Source of the DNA: a virus
Taxonomy: Duplodnaviria > Caudoviricetes
Strand: one strand, 5' to 3'
Length of the DNA: 61,690 nucleotides
IMG/VR virus record: IMGVR_UViG_3300029986_000019
Span: 1-61,690 of that record
The notes beneath the pieces were generated by a model, which ran no database searches, had not been told where the DNA came from, and worked only from the letters and a program-made list of their open reading frames with translations. Position 1 is the first letter of the stretch, and every line of letters starts with the position of its first letter. This document shows positions 1-9,548 of the stretch, piece by piece. A program made the translations under genes and the position numbers.

Positions 1-235
1 TGTCAAGCCTATTTTCGAAAATAACTAAAAATAGTTTTGATCCATCTAGATTTACTCTAGATCCCATCTAAGCCACACAAAAAAAAGACTACCCGGTTAA
101 GAGTAGTCTTTTTTTTTTGTTTAAGGCGATCTAGAGGTAAATGTTACCAGTTAACACTCTGAGTCTCATAATAGTACTTATCGCCTTCCCGATAGATACC
201 TACTTCCGACAAAGACAAATGGTTCCAGAGTTCTA
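1..235. repeat. Terminal direct repeat, left copy (circular assembly overlap or DTR)
   Basis: Identical to 61455-61690 except one T in a homopolymer (T10 vs T11). Confidence 0.95.
79..118. terminator. Bidirectional intrinsic terminator
   Basis: A8-GACTAC...GTAGTC-T10 hairpin just downstream of the minus-strand ORF 144..467. Confidence 0.85.
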
Positions 236-467
236 ACTCAACTTGATCGTAACCTGGTATACCCGGCATTACCTTGTACAATCTAACGTCTGGTATCTTA
301 GGTTCTGTTACCCCATCCGTTACGACTAGCAACATTGTGTGTAGTGTACCGGCTATTCGTGAGTGTATTGTTGCCTCACTCCATGCAATCATCATTGCAA
401 ACGGTACATTAGGGATTATCTCAGTGTACATACTGTAATTCCGTTTGATACTAACTGTTTGGGCCAT
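144..467 (-). CDS. Hypothetical early protein
   Basis: 107-aa ORF, co-oriented, followed by a terminator; no recognised motif. Confidence 0.65.
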   Translation of the reverse strand: MAQTVSIKRNYSMYTEIIPNVPFAMMIAWSEATIHSRIAGTLHTMLLVVTDGVTEPKIPDVRLYKVMPGIPGYDQVELELWNHLSLSEVGIYREGDKYYYETQSVNW

Positions 468-476
468 TGATCTAAC

Positions 477-698
477 CTATATCCTTACTGCTGTAACATA
501 TGTGACAACACACATAGATTGTAATCTGTCTGCAAGTTGTCTAGCGTTTTGTTCATCAAATAACCCTGCTGCATTAACGTTGTTTGTTAATCTTACTGCT
601 TCATTCTCACGTGCAGAGTATAGGTATGTTTGACCAATACCTACAACAGGTTCAAAAACAATTCGGCATAGCTTAACGCTAGTGTCATTAGTAACCAT
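477..698 (-). CDS. Hypothetical early protein
   Basis: 73-aa ORF with a GGAG RBS upstream, downstream of the promoter at 770-799. Confidence 0.7.
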   Translation of the reverse strand: MVTNDTSVKLCRIVFEPVVGIGQTYLYSARENEAVRLTNNVNAAGLFDEQNARQLADRLQSMCVVTYVTAVRI

Positions 699-769
699 TG
701 TTCAATACTCCATTCTTTAATTGTCAAGTTTGACCGTCTATTGTCCGCGCGTCAATGGCGCTTGCGTCA

Positions 770-799
770 ATACTACTACATACCTGTATGATGTGTCAA
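770..799 (-). promoter_or_regulatory. sigma70-type promoter
   Basis: TTGACA-18 nt-TAGTAT on the minus strand with an AT-rich upstream tract. Confidence 0.6.
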
Positions 800-1241
800 T
801 CCCGTTTTGCCCATTTTCACCCGTTTTCCATCTAAAAAATATATTTTCAAACTATTTTTTCCTGCTTACCCTATCCTGCCAGTTACCTATCCTACTAGTA
901 ACAGTAAGTGTCAATTACGTCTAAAGTCTAGTTTGACTATCAATAATTATTTATGCTATCATTTATCGTGAATAGACTTCAGACAATACTTTTGTATTCG
1001 ACAGACCGAACCTAGCCTTTAGTCCAACACACCCGCCCGTACCCATACTCACACATATACGTGCCTACGTGAACTCACTCTATCCTCTACGCTTATTTCA
1101 CCTGTCATTTTAAAAGTTCAAAATAGCTGCAAACTTTAGCATTCCCATTTTCATTGGTCCCCCAACCTATACTTTATGCTCTAGAGTCTCCACTATAGAC
1201 TTTCAACTATTTACTCTAGTTTGGCTGCTTAAAATACCAAA

Positions 1242-1411
1242 TAAATTAACCGGTGGTTTCGACCTATAATATATACTGTTCTTCTCTGAAAAAATTTAAA
1301 TATAGATATCTACACCCACAAGATAAAAGAGATCTAAAGTCTATTTTAATCATTAGAAAAAAGGGAAAAGTAAATTATATATATGTGGGGTCAAAACCAT
1401 GGGTTAATTAA
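1242..1411. repeat. Inverted-repeat element copy 1 (candidate origin / protein-binding site)
   Basis: Arms AATTAACCGGTGGTTTCGACCTATAATATATA and TATATATATGTGGGGTCAAAACCATGGGTTAATT; homologous to 26800-26932. Confidence 0.75.
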
Positions 1412-1575
1412 TTTCACGTTTTTTAAAATCTATTTCAAATCTTAGAGTAAAATCACCCACTTTTTCACAAAAACACACAAAAATAGGCCAAAACTGAACT
1501 TCTCAAAAAGCCCAATTTTGGCCGAAAACACTCGAAAACACCTAAAAACGAGACCCCCCCCATCTGGCAGAAAAT

Positions 1576-1612
1576 TTTTATATAATGGGGGTCAAAGTTA
1601 CCGGTCAATTAA
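1576..1612 (-). repeat. Additional single arm of the inverted-repeat element
   Basis: Reverse complement reads TTAATTGACCGGTAACTTTGACCCCCATTATATAAA, matching the other arms. Confidence 0.7.
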
Positions 1613-1623
1613 CCATCTAAACT

Positions 1624-2055
1624 CTAGGTTCCATCAACGTAATTATCTGCTTCAACCGAACGGCGACCGTCTAAAATGTCGTCCGGCGGTATATTTTGTG
1701 CATCCTCAGATGAGTTAACGCAATGGATTTTTGAGCCACCATCACACACTTTAGACTTCTTTTTCTTAGTTTTCTTGGGTTTTTCTGTCAGTAATTCATT
1801 AGGTTTCTTAATCCATTCATTATAGGATTTAACAGCATCTAGAGCGTTTCTCAGAGCAATATTTGCCCCAAGATTGCTTACTCCATGAGGTAAAGCAGCC
1901 ATATAGTCTACTTTCCTCTGGATATAATCTAGTACTGTTTGACTAAAATCTGGGTCTTCAGCTGTAATGACTATAAAGGGTACACCACACTCTACAGCAT
2001 TATTTAAAAGACTAATGTTAGTTCTTACAGTTGTGCCTATAGTCTTGTTCTTCAT
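1624..2055 (-). CDS. Hypothetical protein
   Basis: 143-aa ORF, last gene of the replication operon. Confidence 0.7.
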   Translation of the reverse strand: MKNKTIGTTVRTNISLLNNAVECGVPFIVITAEDPDFSQTVLDYIQRKVDYMAALPHGVSNLGANIALRNALDAVKSYNEWIKKPNELLTEKPKKTKKKKSKVCDGGSKIHCVNSSEDAQNIPPDDILDGRRSVEADNYVDGT

Positions 2056-2108
2056 TCAAATCCCTTTCTCATTCAACCTAAACTGTACTCTAACTGGAAG
2101 GAGGGCCA

Positions 2109-2327
2109 TCAGTACCTCTTAAACTCTTCACCACACTTGTAGCACTTGACTGTTACCCCGTCCAGTTGTTGTACCCATCCATGCTGAAGTGTACTGCATG
2201 AAGGTACAGTCTCAACTAACTTATTTGGTACTGTACCCTCTATCTTACCACAAGCCATACACTGTTTGGCATTACCAGTGATAGGCTTCATCGTAGTGTG
2301 TGGACACTTCTCCATATCATCACTCAA
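2109..2327 (-). CDS. Small Cys-rich (zinc-ribbon-like) protein
   Basis: CPH...CMACG and C...H...CYKCG motifs; overlaps the upstream gene's stop. Confidence 0.65.
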   Translation of the reverse strand: MSDDMEKCPHTTMKPITGNAKQCMACGKIEGTVPNKLVETVPSCSTLQHGWVQQLDGVTVKCYKCGEEFKRY

Positions 2328-3216
2328 TATCCTCTACCTCCGTCGTAGTCTTTCCTGTGTTATTAGAGAAGTCTACATTACTGTATGATGGTCTTTTCAA
2401 CCCTACACTTTGTGTAGCTGCATTATTAATATCATTCCCAGAGAAATCACGCGGCTTTTCCTGAGATGCAGAAAAGATCCCCATAGTCTTTTCAACAGCA
2501 GCTAAACTCTGGGCTTGATCCCATCCTCTCTGGGATAGATATATGTACAAGTCATCTGCAAAATCTGCCATAGCCTGTAGCTTAACTATCTTAGGGTACT
2601 CATCACGTACAAACCTTTGAACATCAAAGGCTATGTCAAGCTGTTGTAACCGCGGTACTCGCTCTACGCCAATAATAGCGGCTTTTCGTACCCTGATGAG
2701 TTCTCCGGGCTTTGTGACGTCGTGTAGCTGTACTGTAGCACCATGATCTAATTCCTGTAGTGTGGCTAGTATCTCAGGTTTAAAACTTTCTTTCTCACAA
2801 CCAAAAACATTAGTCATGAACTTAACCATACTAAAGTATGTTTCATCTTTAGGGACTTCAGGCCGTTCAGTAACATGCAACAAACTATATAGCTGCTCAA
2901 ATACTAGATCCAAGTAGTTACGTAACTGGACCATATAGTCTGTCTGTCCAAGCGAGCCTTGTCGATCAGGCTTATTACACTCTAGTCTTTGTAGCAGAGC
3001 ATCAATAGCAAAGCATCTAGCCTTTGCACTGACTTCATGAGTTTGATCCTCATAGTAAGGATCAAACTTGGTGCTATCAAACTCTATAGTAGATGATGAT
3101 GGTGAAGGGTTTAGATCATAGTTCTCATATGAGTGCCTTAGATCCTTCTTAAACTGTTCAACATCAGTATCAATGTCAACTATAACCTCTAGGGCTATCT
3201 TTTTGTATTCTGTCAC
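2320..3216 (-). CDS. Hypothetical protein
   Basis: 298-aa ORF, tightly packed in the operon. Confidence 0.75.
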   Translation of the reverse strand: MTEYKKIALEVIVDIDTDVEQFKKDLRHSYENYDLNPSPSSSTIEFDSTKFDPYYEDQTHEVSAKARCFAIDALLQRLECNKPDRQGSLGQTDYMVQLRNYLDLVFEQLYSLLHVTERPEVPKDETYFSMVKFMTNVFGCEKESFKPEILATLQELDHGATVQLHDVTKPGELIRVRKAAIIGVERVPRLQQLDIAFDVQRFVRDEYPKIVKLQAMADFADDLYIYLSQRGWDQAQSLAAVEKTMGIFSASQEKPRDFSGNDINNAATQSVGLKRPSYSNVDFSNNTGKTTTEVEDIE

Positions 3217-3220
3217 GGAT

Positions 3221-3862
3221 CTAACCTCTTTTCTTTATGACGAAACGCTGTTTCTTTCTGGGAATGATTTTACTATCTACTACCGGTTTGTTAGCTAGTT
3301 CAAGCAACACATCGGCATGACAAAGTTTAGGTGCACAAAAGCACACTAAGTCTTTGCCGCGAAGTGGCTCTAACCAGTCAGGTTCATTCTTTAGCTTATT
3401 CTCTGCATAAACTCTAAACCTGGCAAGGACTAATTCTCTGTCTTCTTCTTTCTTTAGTGGATAGGGATTGCCCCATACACTAGGACGACCTACATACTGT
3501 GCGTTAGCAGGTTTAGTTTTATCATTCCTGTTCCATACTTTAGGTTTTGTTTTCAATGGCCTTAAAGGACTATCCTCTAGTGCTTCATCATAGCTCTTAT
3601 CCCAGAAAGCCTCTGCATTGATGTTGTCGATCAACAACAGTAAAGCATTGTAGAGCATGTTAAAGTTTATCTCACATGACTTGCTCATACCATGCCCATC
3701 ACTAACTTCAGCATGGAGATCGCCGAATATAGCTTGTAACCTTATAGTACAGTCATGTTCAGATACTATCCTAAAGTCTGGGCTATGGAACATAACTTCA
3801 GGATAACTATCCTTGATCTTCTGTGCTTGCTTCTCTGTTAACAAGCCTCTATGTGCCGTCAT
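3221..3862 (-). CDS. DUF4326-domain protein
   Basis: C-terminal YVGRPSVWGNPY...LRGKDLVCFCAPKLCHADVLLELAN signature. Start placed at the ATGA overlap (3862) with a GAGGAG RBS. Confidence 0.8.
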   Translation of the reverse strand: MTAHRGLLTEKQAQKIKDSYPEVMFHSPDFRIVSEHDCTIRLQAIFGDLHAEVSDGHGMSKSCEINFNMLYNALLLLIDNINAEAFWDKSYDEALEDSPLRPLKTKPKVWNRNDKTKPANAQYVGRPSVWGNPYPLKKEEDRELVLARFRVYAENKLKNEPDWLEPLRGKDLVCFCAPKLCHADVLLELANKPVVDSKIIPRKKQRFVIKKRG

Positions 3863-4338
3863 GTTGTAAACTCCTCTCGTATAGACTCTATACTTTTGAG
3901 TAGCCACTCTGCATCAGCAGGAACTTTGACGTAACTACTAAAGACATAGTAGTGGAGTAGAGGCAGTGTATTACGGATAAACTGTCTCTTCATCACTTTG
4001 TTGTTTTCGATCTTTATTCTGATCGCAGCCTTTATCTTGGCTTTAAACCTATGATCTTTCTTGATGTAGTATTTGTAGGTCTCATATCTAGGATCTTTAA
4101 ACTTACGTCCAGCCTTTTGTGCAGCTAAACCGTACATACCTCTCAATACTTCACGGTCTGGATGAGAAGTACCTAGCCAGTGCCAATACCCTTCGATACT
4201 CTCAAAGTGCCCATCAATAGGTAAGTCTATAGGAGTGTGTGCAAAGTTGGATAGGAACCTTCCTAACTCTGTTTTACCTATAGAGTACACGTTGACATGT
4301 TCTTTGCCATCTTTCCATTGGTTCGGTGGTGATGCCAT
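3859..4338 (-). CDS. Phage NADAR-like protein
   Basis: HVNVYS..TELGRFLSNFAHTP..GHFESIEGYWHWL and AQKAGRK resemble the NADAR/YbiA pattern LSNF..F.S.E.Y..AK..GR. Confidence 0.55.
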   Translation of the reverse strand: MASPPNQWKDGKEHVNVYSIGKTELGRFLSNFAHTPIDLPIDGHFESIEGYWHWLGTSHPDREVLRGMYGLAAQKAGRKFKDPRYETYKYYIKKDHRFKAKIKAAIRIKIENNKVMKRQFIRNTLPLLHYYVFSSYVKVPADAEWLLKSIESIREEFTT

Positions 4339-4342
4339 TGGA

Positions 4343-4618
4343 TTATACTAACCTTCCCACTACCATCAGATATACTGTTAGAAGTAGTACATACACTAGC
4401 CACTTAAGTATCTGAAAACCAAAACTAGAGTATTGACCTTGTAGATCACTGAACTCTAGTCCTTGATTGTGTGCTTTTTTCTGTAGTTGCTGCTGCCTAT
4501 CAACATAGTTTGTTGGGGCTAGAGGGTCTGGGTACCTTACAGTACACTCACAATCATTAACAGTGCAACCTTTGCTACAATGCCTTAGCATAGTATGTCC
4601 ACAATAACCACAGTTCAT
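4343..4618 (-). CDS. Small Cys-rich protein with C-terminal TM helix
   Basis: CGYCGH..HC..GC...CEC N-terminus; hydrophobic C-terminus. Confidence 0.65.
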   Translation of the reverse strand: MNCGYCGHTMLRHCSKGCTVNDCECTVRYPDPLAPTNYVDRQQQLQKKAHNQGLEFSDLQGQYSSFGFQILKWLVYVLLLTVYLMVVGRLV

Positions 4619-5115
4619 TACTTTAGTTCTCCTTTCTCAGTAAATACTTTACAGCCACACATTCCGTAGTCGTCACCTGCACCTAAACACTCACCATCAT
4701 TGCAAAGATGGTCGTCATGCCATGACTTAGGATGTCCACAAGTGCATTTAGGGTCAGATTTGAAGATTGGTTCACCATCCACAGGGTATTGATCGGGATC
4801 TATTCTATCCCAGTTAGTAGGCATTAGGTTGCTAGTAATAACCATACACTCTATACATACTTGACCCTTCCAATGAAACCCATCACCATAGTCTGTGTAG
4901 AGTATAGCATCAACTACTATTTGCCCATCACTCCTATGTGGACAATCTTTTACTAAATCCCATCCTGCTTGTTTTTCATCTTCAGTACGCCAATTGGCTT
5001 GAAGTTCCTCATTAGTTTTGTAAACTCTAGGTATGATTACATCGGATGTGCCATTCCATTCAAAGTAACCAAAGAGTTTACTATCTATGTAGACTTTACC
5101 CTGGGTATGCGACAC
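4618..5115 (-). CDS. Hypothetical Cys/His-rich protein
   Basis: 165 aa; CTCGH..H..C..C..CGC C-terminal motif; translationally coupled to neighbours. Confidence 0.7.
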   Translation of the reverse strand: MSHTQGKVYIDSKLFGYFEWNGTSDVIIPRVYKTNEELQANWRTEDEKQAGWDLVKDCPHRSDGQIVVDAILYTDYGDGFHWKGQVCIECMVITSNLMPTNWDRIDPDQYPVDGEPIFKSDPKCTCGHPKSWHDDHLCNDGECLGAGDDYGMCGCKVFTEKGELK

Positions 5116-5519
5116 TATGTTAACCTCGTTCTTTCTATCTTAACCGTGGGTATTGCACCCGTTTTTGCTGCTACTCGTTTCATGATCACATCCACTATGT
5201 CACGTCTACGTACGATCCATACTTCTCCAACAGGGAAGTCAGGATGACATGCAACGTTTAGTTTGTACTTTCTAGCACACCACTCAGCAGCATCTCTCAT
5301 GTCTGTGTTGACAACTATAAAGTCTGGATCAAGTACCTGTCTGGTAAACATGATTTTGAGTATCTTTACCACTAAAGTTTCTACATAGTCTATACGTGCT
5401 GCTTGATCAGCATATGTTTTGAGTTCAGATACTTCAGCGTTTAGGTCGGCTGTTTCCCCAAAGTACCGGTCAAGTTCTTTCTGGGAAAAGGTATCAAAGG
5501 GTTTCTGTCCACTATCCAT
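5115..5519 (-). CDS. Hypothetical protein
   Basis: 134 aa, GGAGG RBS. Confidence 0.7.
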   Translation of the reverse strand: MDSGQKPFDTFSQKELDRYFGETADLNAEVSELKTYADQAARIDYVETLVVKILKIMFTRQVLDPDFIVVNTDMRDAAEWCARKYKLNVACHPDFPVGEVWIVRRRDIVDVIMKRVAAKTGAIPTVKIERTRLT

Positions 5520-5522
5520 AGT

Positions 5523-5627
5523 TTAGGTTCCTCCAAAACAATAAACAATATAGGACACTAGCAATACAAGTAGTAGTACTCCTATAATACATCCGCATCC
5601 TTTGTTTAAACCGGGTTCGTTTGACAT
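5523..5627 (-). CDS. Small membrane peptide (not in ORF track)
   Basis: Manual translation MSNEPGLNKGCGCIIGVLLLVLLVSYIVYCFGGT fills the gap between neighbouring genes exactly. Confidence 0.6.
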   Translation of the reverse strand: MSNEPGLNKGCGCIIGVLLLVLLVSYIVYCFGGT

Positions 5628-5631
5628 TTAT

Positions 5632-6123
5632 TTAATACCTCATAGGTGTAAAGTGTATATTGAGTTTATGCTCAAAGGTAAGTAGTTCATTCCCAGAGAG
5701 ATTACCCGCACCACCAGCCCATTCAAGGATACACCATGCTAGACTTTTGTCTTCAGGTATTTGTGTGTGCTCATATGATAGTTCAGTGACAACATGAATT
5801 ATAGCTTGCCACTCATAATGTGTCCACACTACGTTAGGTTGTTCTTTACTATCATCATGCAATGCTATAGTAGAGGTTATAACAGCTACAACAGGGTTTC
5901 CACCCGCAGGAGTATCAGCAGGAGAACGATGTATACCATACCCTGTAAACCCTCCACCATTAGGTGTTTGGAAAAGAGTAAGATATCTCTTAACTCTTGT
6001 TTGCCCCTTCCTCTTAGTACTACCTCTATGGTATTTCCTATCAGCAGAGACTATAGGACGAACCATAGTTCTACATAGTGCTATATCGTTTAGCTCAAGA
6101 GTTCTCTCGTTTATCAATTGCAA
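5632..6123 (-). CDS. Hypothetical protein
   Basis: 163 aa, AAGGA RBS, within the operon. Confidence 0.65.
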   Translation of the reverse strand: MQLINERTLELNDIALCRTMVRPIVSADRKYHRGSTKRKGQTRVKRYLTLFQTPNGGGFTGYGIHRSPADTPAGGNPVVAVITSTIALHDDSKEQPNVVWTHYEWQAIIHVVTELSYEHTQIPEDKSLAWCILEWAGGAGNLSGNELLTFEHKLNIHFTPMRY

Positions 6124-6421
6124 TTCCTTTCAGAGTGGACGGGTCACGTTTACCATCTAGCGTGACTATAGTGTTTATTTTAATGGCTACCCAAGGATTA
6201 ACATACTTAGGTGTATTATCGCGGACAATACAATACCCATCAAACCCTGTACCATCCTTAATTCTACTTATTACTCCTTCTATGATAGTTGATGGTTGTT
6301 CATTATTAGAGTGTGCGGTAGAGGGCCTTCCACCGCCATACCTACGTTCAGCCCTAACCCTAGTACCATTAGTTACTAGTTTGTCTGCCCATTCTGACCG
6401 TTCTACTTTGCCCTTACTCAT
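6095..6421 (-). CDS. Hypothetical protein (possible SH3/KOW-like barrel)
   Basis: 108 aa; GTRVRAE...IEGVISRI pattern. Confidence 0.6.
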   Translation of the reverse strand: MSKGKVERSEWADKLVTNGTRVRAERRYGGGRPSTAHSNNEQPSTIIEGVISRIKDGTGFDGYCIVRDNTPKYVNPWVAIKINTIVTLDGKRDPSTLKGIAIDKRENS

Positions 6422-6429
6422 TTGTTTTC

Positions 6430-8652
6430 CTATCTGCTGTGAGACAGCATTGATCGACGTTTGATAACTCTAATCTTTAGTCTCTTACGAGAAGACATAA
6501 TGTGTTTGACTTGGTTTCCTTCTCTTACCAGTAGAGCCTCTTTCCAGAGAGCAACTAATTTTGATGTCACAAAGTATATATACGGTTTAACTCCTTGTAC
6601 TGTTGACTGTCCTTGTCTACGTTGTACTGCACCTAGTTCCATTAAGTCATCAAGTTGATCGAGCAGTGTGTTCTTATGTATATCACATTCTTCAGCAAGT
6701 TGAAGTATAGTCTGGTTAGGTTTAGCAATCAATGCTGCTACAGCTTCCATGTTAAACCCTACACAGCTATCAAGAGCTACACGAACAAGTACTCTATACT
6801 CTTCTTCACCTATTGATGGTGGTGAGTTCAACATACCTAAACCCATGATGACCTTCATAAACTGTATGCCAAGTCTGGTACCCATCTCTTTTTGTGGACG
6901 CCATCGGATTGCCCTATGGTTCCCGTCTCTGTTGAACTTGTCCCGGTCCACACTAGCCCTTAGTACTGCAACGATCTGGGCTAAAGAATTGATACGTTCA
7001 AAAAAGTGCTCCGGCACTGTATCTGCTATCTCATTAGGATCTACACTTACATCTAAAAAACGAGCTACCATATCAAGTAGTTCATCACTTATGACTTCTT
7101 TCTTAGCCCTACCTACTCCACGTATCGCAGAGTTTATAGGCTTATGTGCTTCAAAGTCATTGCCTTTAATAACATGAAGCATAAGAAATCTTTCACCTAA
7201 TGCAGCACTACGTTCACCATAGATTGCAGGTGTTACTCCGGTTACAATTGAGAAATGACTTTCATAATAGCGTTTAGCATTGTTAGCGTACTCTTGACCT
7301 ACAGTGCCGTCAAAAGCATCCCTCAATTGTCCAAACAGTTCATCCTTAACCATGACAGGCATTGTTAGACTTGGAGTAAAGTCTTTGATCATAATAGTCT
7401 TACCGTCTACTCTGGGAATGAGAGATGGATCTTCACCATTAGCAGCAATAAAACCTGATATCAATAGTTTAGGTGATAGTTTGGATATGTGGTGTGTTAC
7501 TCCTGACCTACCAGTAGAGAGTATGACCAACGTTTTTCCGCTTCCAGGTGGTCCTACTATATGGCACCATGCCGGAGGGCCGGGTATGAGCGTAGAGAGT
7601 ATAGTAGCATAACAAAGTTTTATTCCGTCTATGAGGTCGGGGGTTAAGTGTATACATGAGGCAAATTGTTCGAGGATGTCTGAGAACTTAGGGCGTAGCT
7701 TAGAGTTTATGTGGATGATATCTGCTGCTTCAGCATTTTGATTGGCCTTGTCATTAGGTGTAATGTATAGCTTAATCATCTCTGACAGCTCTGACATTGT
7801 TCCATCATCAACTACAAAGTCTCTAATATCGTGACCATCTTCACTATCAATAGGCCATGCTAGGTAGTGCAGTGAAGTAACTACTTTATGCACCATAGAG
7901 TTTACTCTCTCAGTACCTTGCTCACCTACTACACCTGCATCATAGCAACAGATAACATGATGGTCCTGAAAGTACTCTACCCATTTAGCTTTAAATATGT
8001 TGGCACCCGGAATACCTAACACTACATTACTAGCACTAGATACTCCATCACGTTCCATCATCCACTCTAGGGCTATTGCATCCCACTCCCCTTCTACGTT
8101 CCAAATCTTAGGTTTTTTCTGGCCCTTTTTTACGGGCTTTAAATTGTGCAGACCATAAATACCTGCTTCAACCCCGGTTAAGCCTCTTAAACGGAACTTG
8201 GTGCCGTTTCTAGGTACCCTGTAGTATCGGAGGTTAACTAGCTTTCCTTCCTGATTTCTGACTGGTATGTAAAATAAGTCACCATCAAAAACAATACCAG
8301 CATTCTTCAAGATCTGAACAGGAATACTACGGTCTGTAGCTAAACCCTGCCATGCCTTCTTGTAAGCAGGAAGTCTACTGTTAGTAGCTTCAGCTTGTTT
8401 CTCATACCATAGTTCCATAAAGGTGTAAAGATTACCATGCTTACCACACACTTTACAGTCCCATAGTTGAGACCTACCAGTGTCTTTATTGTAGTTTATA
8501 TATAGTTTGTTATGCCCTCCACAAAAGAGACAGTCCATAAACGCTTGATCGCCAACTCTACGACTGTCATCGTAATCCACTCCCAACTCTATGAATGGTG
8601 CAAGTTCCTTTGGTGATGTTTGTCTATCCGGCATTATATACCCTACTCCCAA
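6430..8652 (-). CDS. Primase-helicase (Zn finger + TOPRIM + AAA+/MCM-like ATPase + C-terminal winged helix)
   Basis: CLFC...WDCKVC; VEGEWDAIA, CCYDAG and GHDIRDF TOPRIM motifs; Walker A GPPGSGKT; LRDAFDG; ALGERFL; HTH TILQLAEECDIHKNTLLDQLDDLMELG. Confidence 0.85.
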   Translation of the reverse strand: MGVGYIMPDRQTSPKELAPFIELGVDYDDSRRVGDQAFMDCLFCGGHNKLYINYNKDTGRSQLWDCKVCGKHGNLYTFMELWYEKQAEATNSRLPAYKKAWQGLATDRSIPVQILKNAGIVFDGDLFYIPVRNQEGKLVNLRYYRVPRNGTKFRLRGLTGVEAGIYGLHNLKPVKKGQKKPKIWNVEGEWDAIALEWMMERDGVSSASNVVLGIPGANIFKAKWVEYFQDHHVICCYDAGVVGEQGTERVNSMVHKVVTSLHYLAWPIDSEDGHDIRDFVVDDGTMSELSEMIKLYITPNDKANQNAEAADIIHINSKLRPKFSDILEQFASCIHLTPDLIDGIKLCYATILSTLIPGPPAWCHIVGPPGSGKTLVILSTGRSGVTHHISKLSPKLLISGFIAANGEDPSLIPRVDGKTIMIKDFTPSLTMPVMVKDELFGQLRDAFDGTVGQEYANNAKRYYESHFSIVTGVTPAIYGERSAALGERFLMLHVIKGNDFEAHKPINSAIRGVGRAKKEVISDELLDMVARFLDVSVDPNEIADTVPEHFFERINSLAQIVAVLRASVDRDKFNRDGNHRAIRWRPQKEMGTRLGIQFMKVIMGLGMLNSPPSIGEEEYRVLVRVALDSCVGFNMEAVAALIAKPNQTILQLAEECDIHKNTLLDQLDDLMELGAVQRRQGQSTVQGVKPYIYFVTSKLVALWKEALLVREGNQVKHIMSSRKRLKIRVIKRRSMLSHSR

Positions 8653-9197
8653 ACCAATAAGTTTAGAGCCTCTTGTAACAACAAGAATATGGAACTTTCA
8701 TAGTCCCTATTTATTATCCCCGTAATGTTTAGAGTTCTAACTTGATTAATGACTATCCAATATGCAATTTCTTTAGGTGATACCCTACACTCAAACTCTC
8801 CATGCTCATCATCAGTGTACCATGTCTGTTCCATGTACACGTCAAGCAATGGTTTAATGTGTTGACCTTGATAAAGTTCACGGATTATTGATGCTTTATA
8901 GGAACTAAAGTCTATACCAAAGTAGATGGTAGCATCTGACTGTTCAAAGTTGTCTCTATAGTGTGACAGTCGATCTACTGAAGTACCCTTTAACCCATAC
9001 ATCCAACGATAACCCGGACAACACTTACCATTGACCATCATAAAGTCTTTGTAAGTATTACCACCTGTCTTTATTCCCAGAGAACGCGCAGCCTTTAGTG
9101 CTGCTATCTGTGCGCCTTCATCACCGCCGGAAATCACCCGCTGAAGGTGGTGCCGGTTTCTTCTGGGAATGATAGATCTACTAACCTTGAAGTTCAT
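8643..9197 (-). CDS. Circularly permuted YpsA/SLOG ('molybdenum carrier') family protein, diverged copy
   Basis: VISGGDEGAQIAALKAA..IKTGG..NFEQSDAT..TLNITG; paralog of 26062..26586. Start at 9197 has a GAGGA RBS. Confidence 0.7.
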   Translation of the reverse strand: MNFKVSRSIIPRRNRHHLQRVISGGDEGAQIAALKAARSLGIKTGGNTYKDFMMVNGKCCPGYRWMYGLKGTSVDRLSHYRDNFEQSDATIYFGIDFSSYKASIIRELYQGQHIKPLLDVYMEQTWYTDDEHGEFECRVSPKEIAYWIVINQVRTLNITGIINRDYESSIFLLLQEALNLLVWE

Positions 9198-9537
9198 TTC
9201 TATCCTCAAGAGTAGGCATAACCTTTAGATAGGGAAATACTTTAACAGTGCCAAGTATTTCTATTGTCTGTTTACTAGTTGAGATAAGATCATCTAAACC
9301 TTTAACCAATAGTTTAGGTTTTACATAACTCATATAACATACCTTAACTTTAACACTATAGGTACAGCGAGGATGGTTCACGAATGGATCATTGATGTTA
9401 TTCTCACCTTCACTCAATAGTTTACCATAAGAGCCAGTAGTGTACTGCATTAGGTTATCTATTTTTTTTATAGCCTCTACTTTAGAGTTAGCTTCTATCT
9501 CAACAATAGAACTGTTAATTGCAAATCTATATCGCAT
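9181..9537 (-). CDS. Hypothetical protein
   Basis: Start re-placed at MRYRF (AAGGA RBS), just after the polA stop. Confidence 0.6.
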   Translation of the reverse strand: MRYRFAINSSIVEIEANSKVEAIKKIDNLMQYTTGSYGKLLSEGENNINDPFVNHPRCTYSVKVKVCYMSYVKPKLLVKGLDDLISTSKQTIEILGTVKVFPYLKVMPTLEDRNELQG

Positions 9538-9548
9538 TGGTCTATCCT

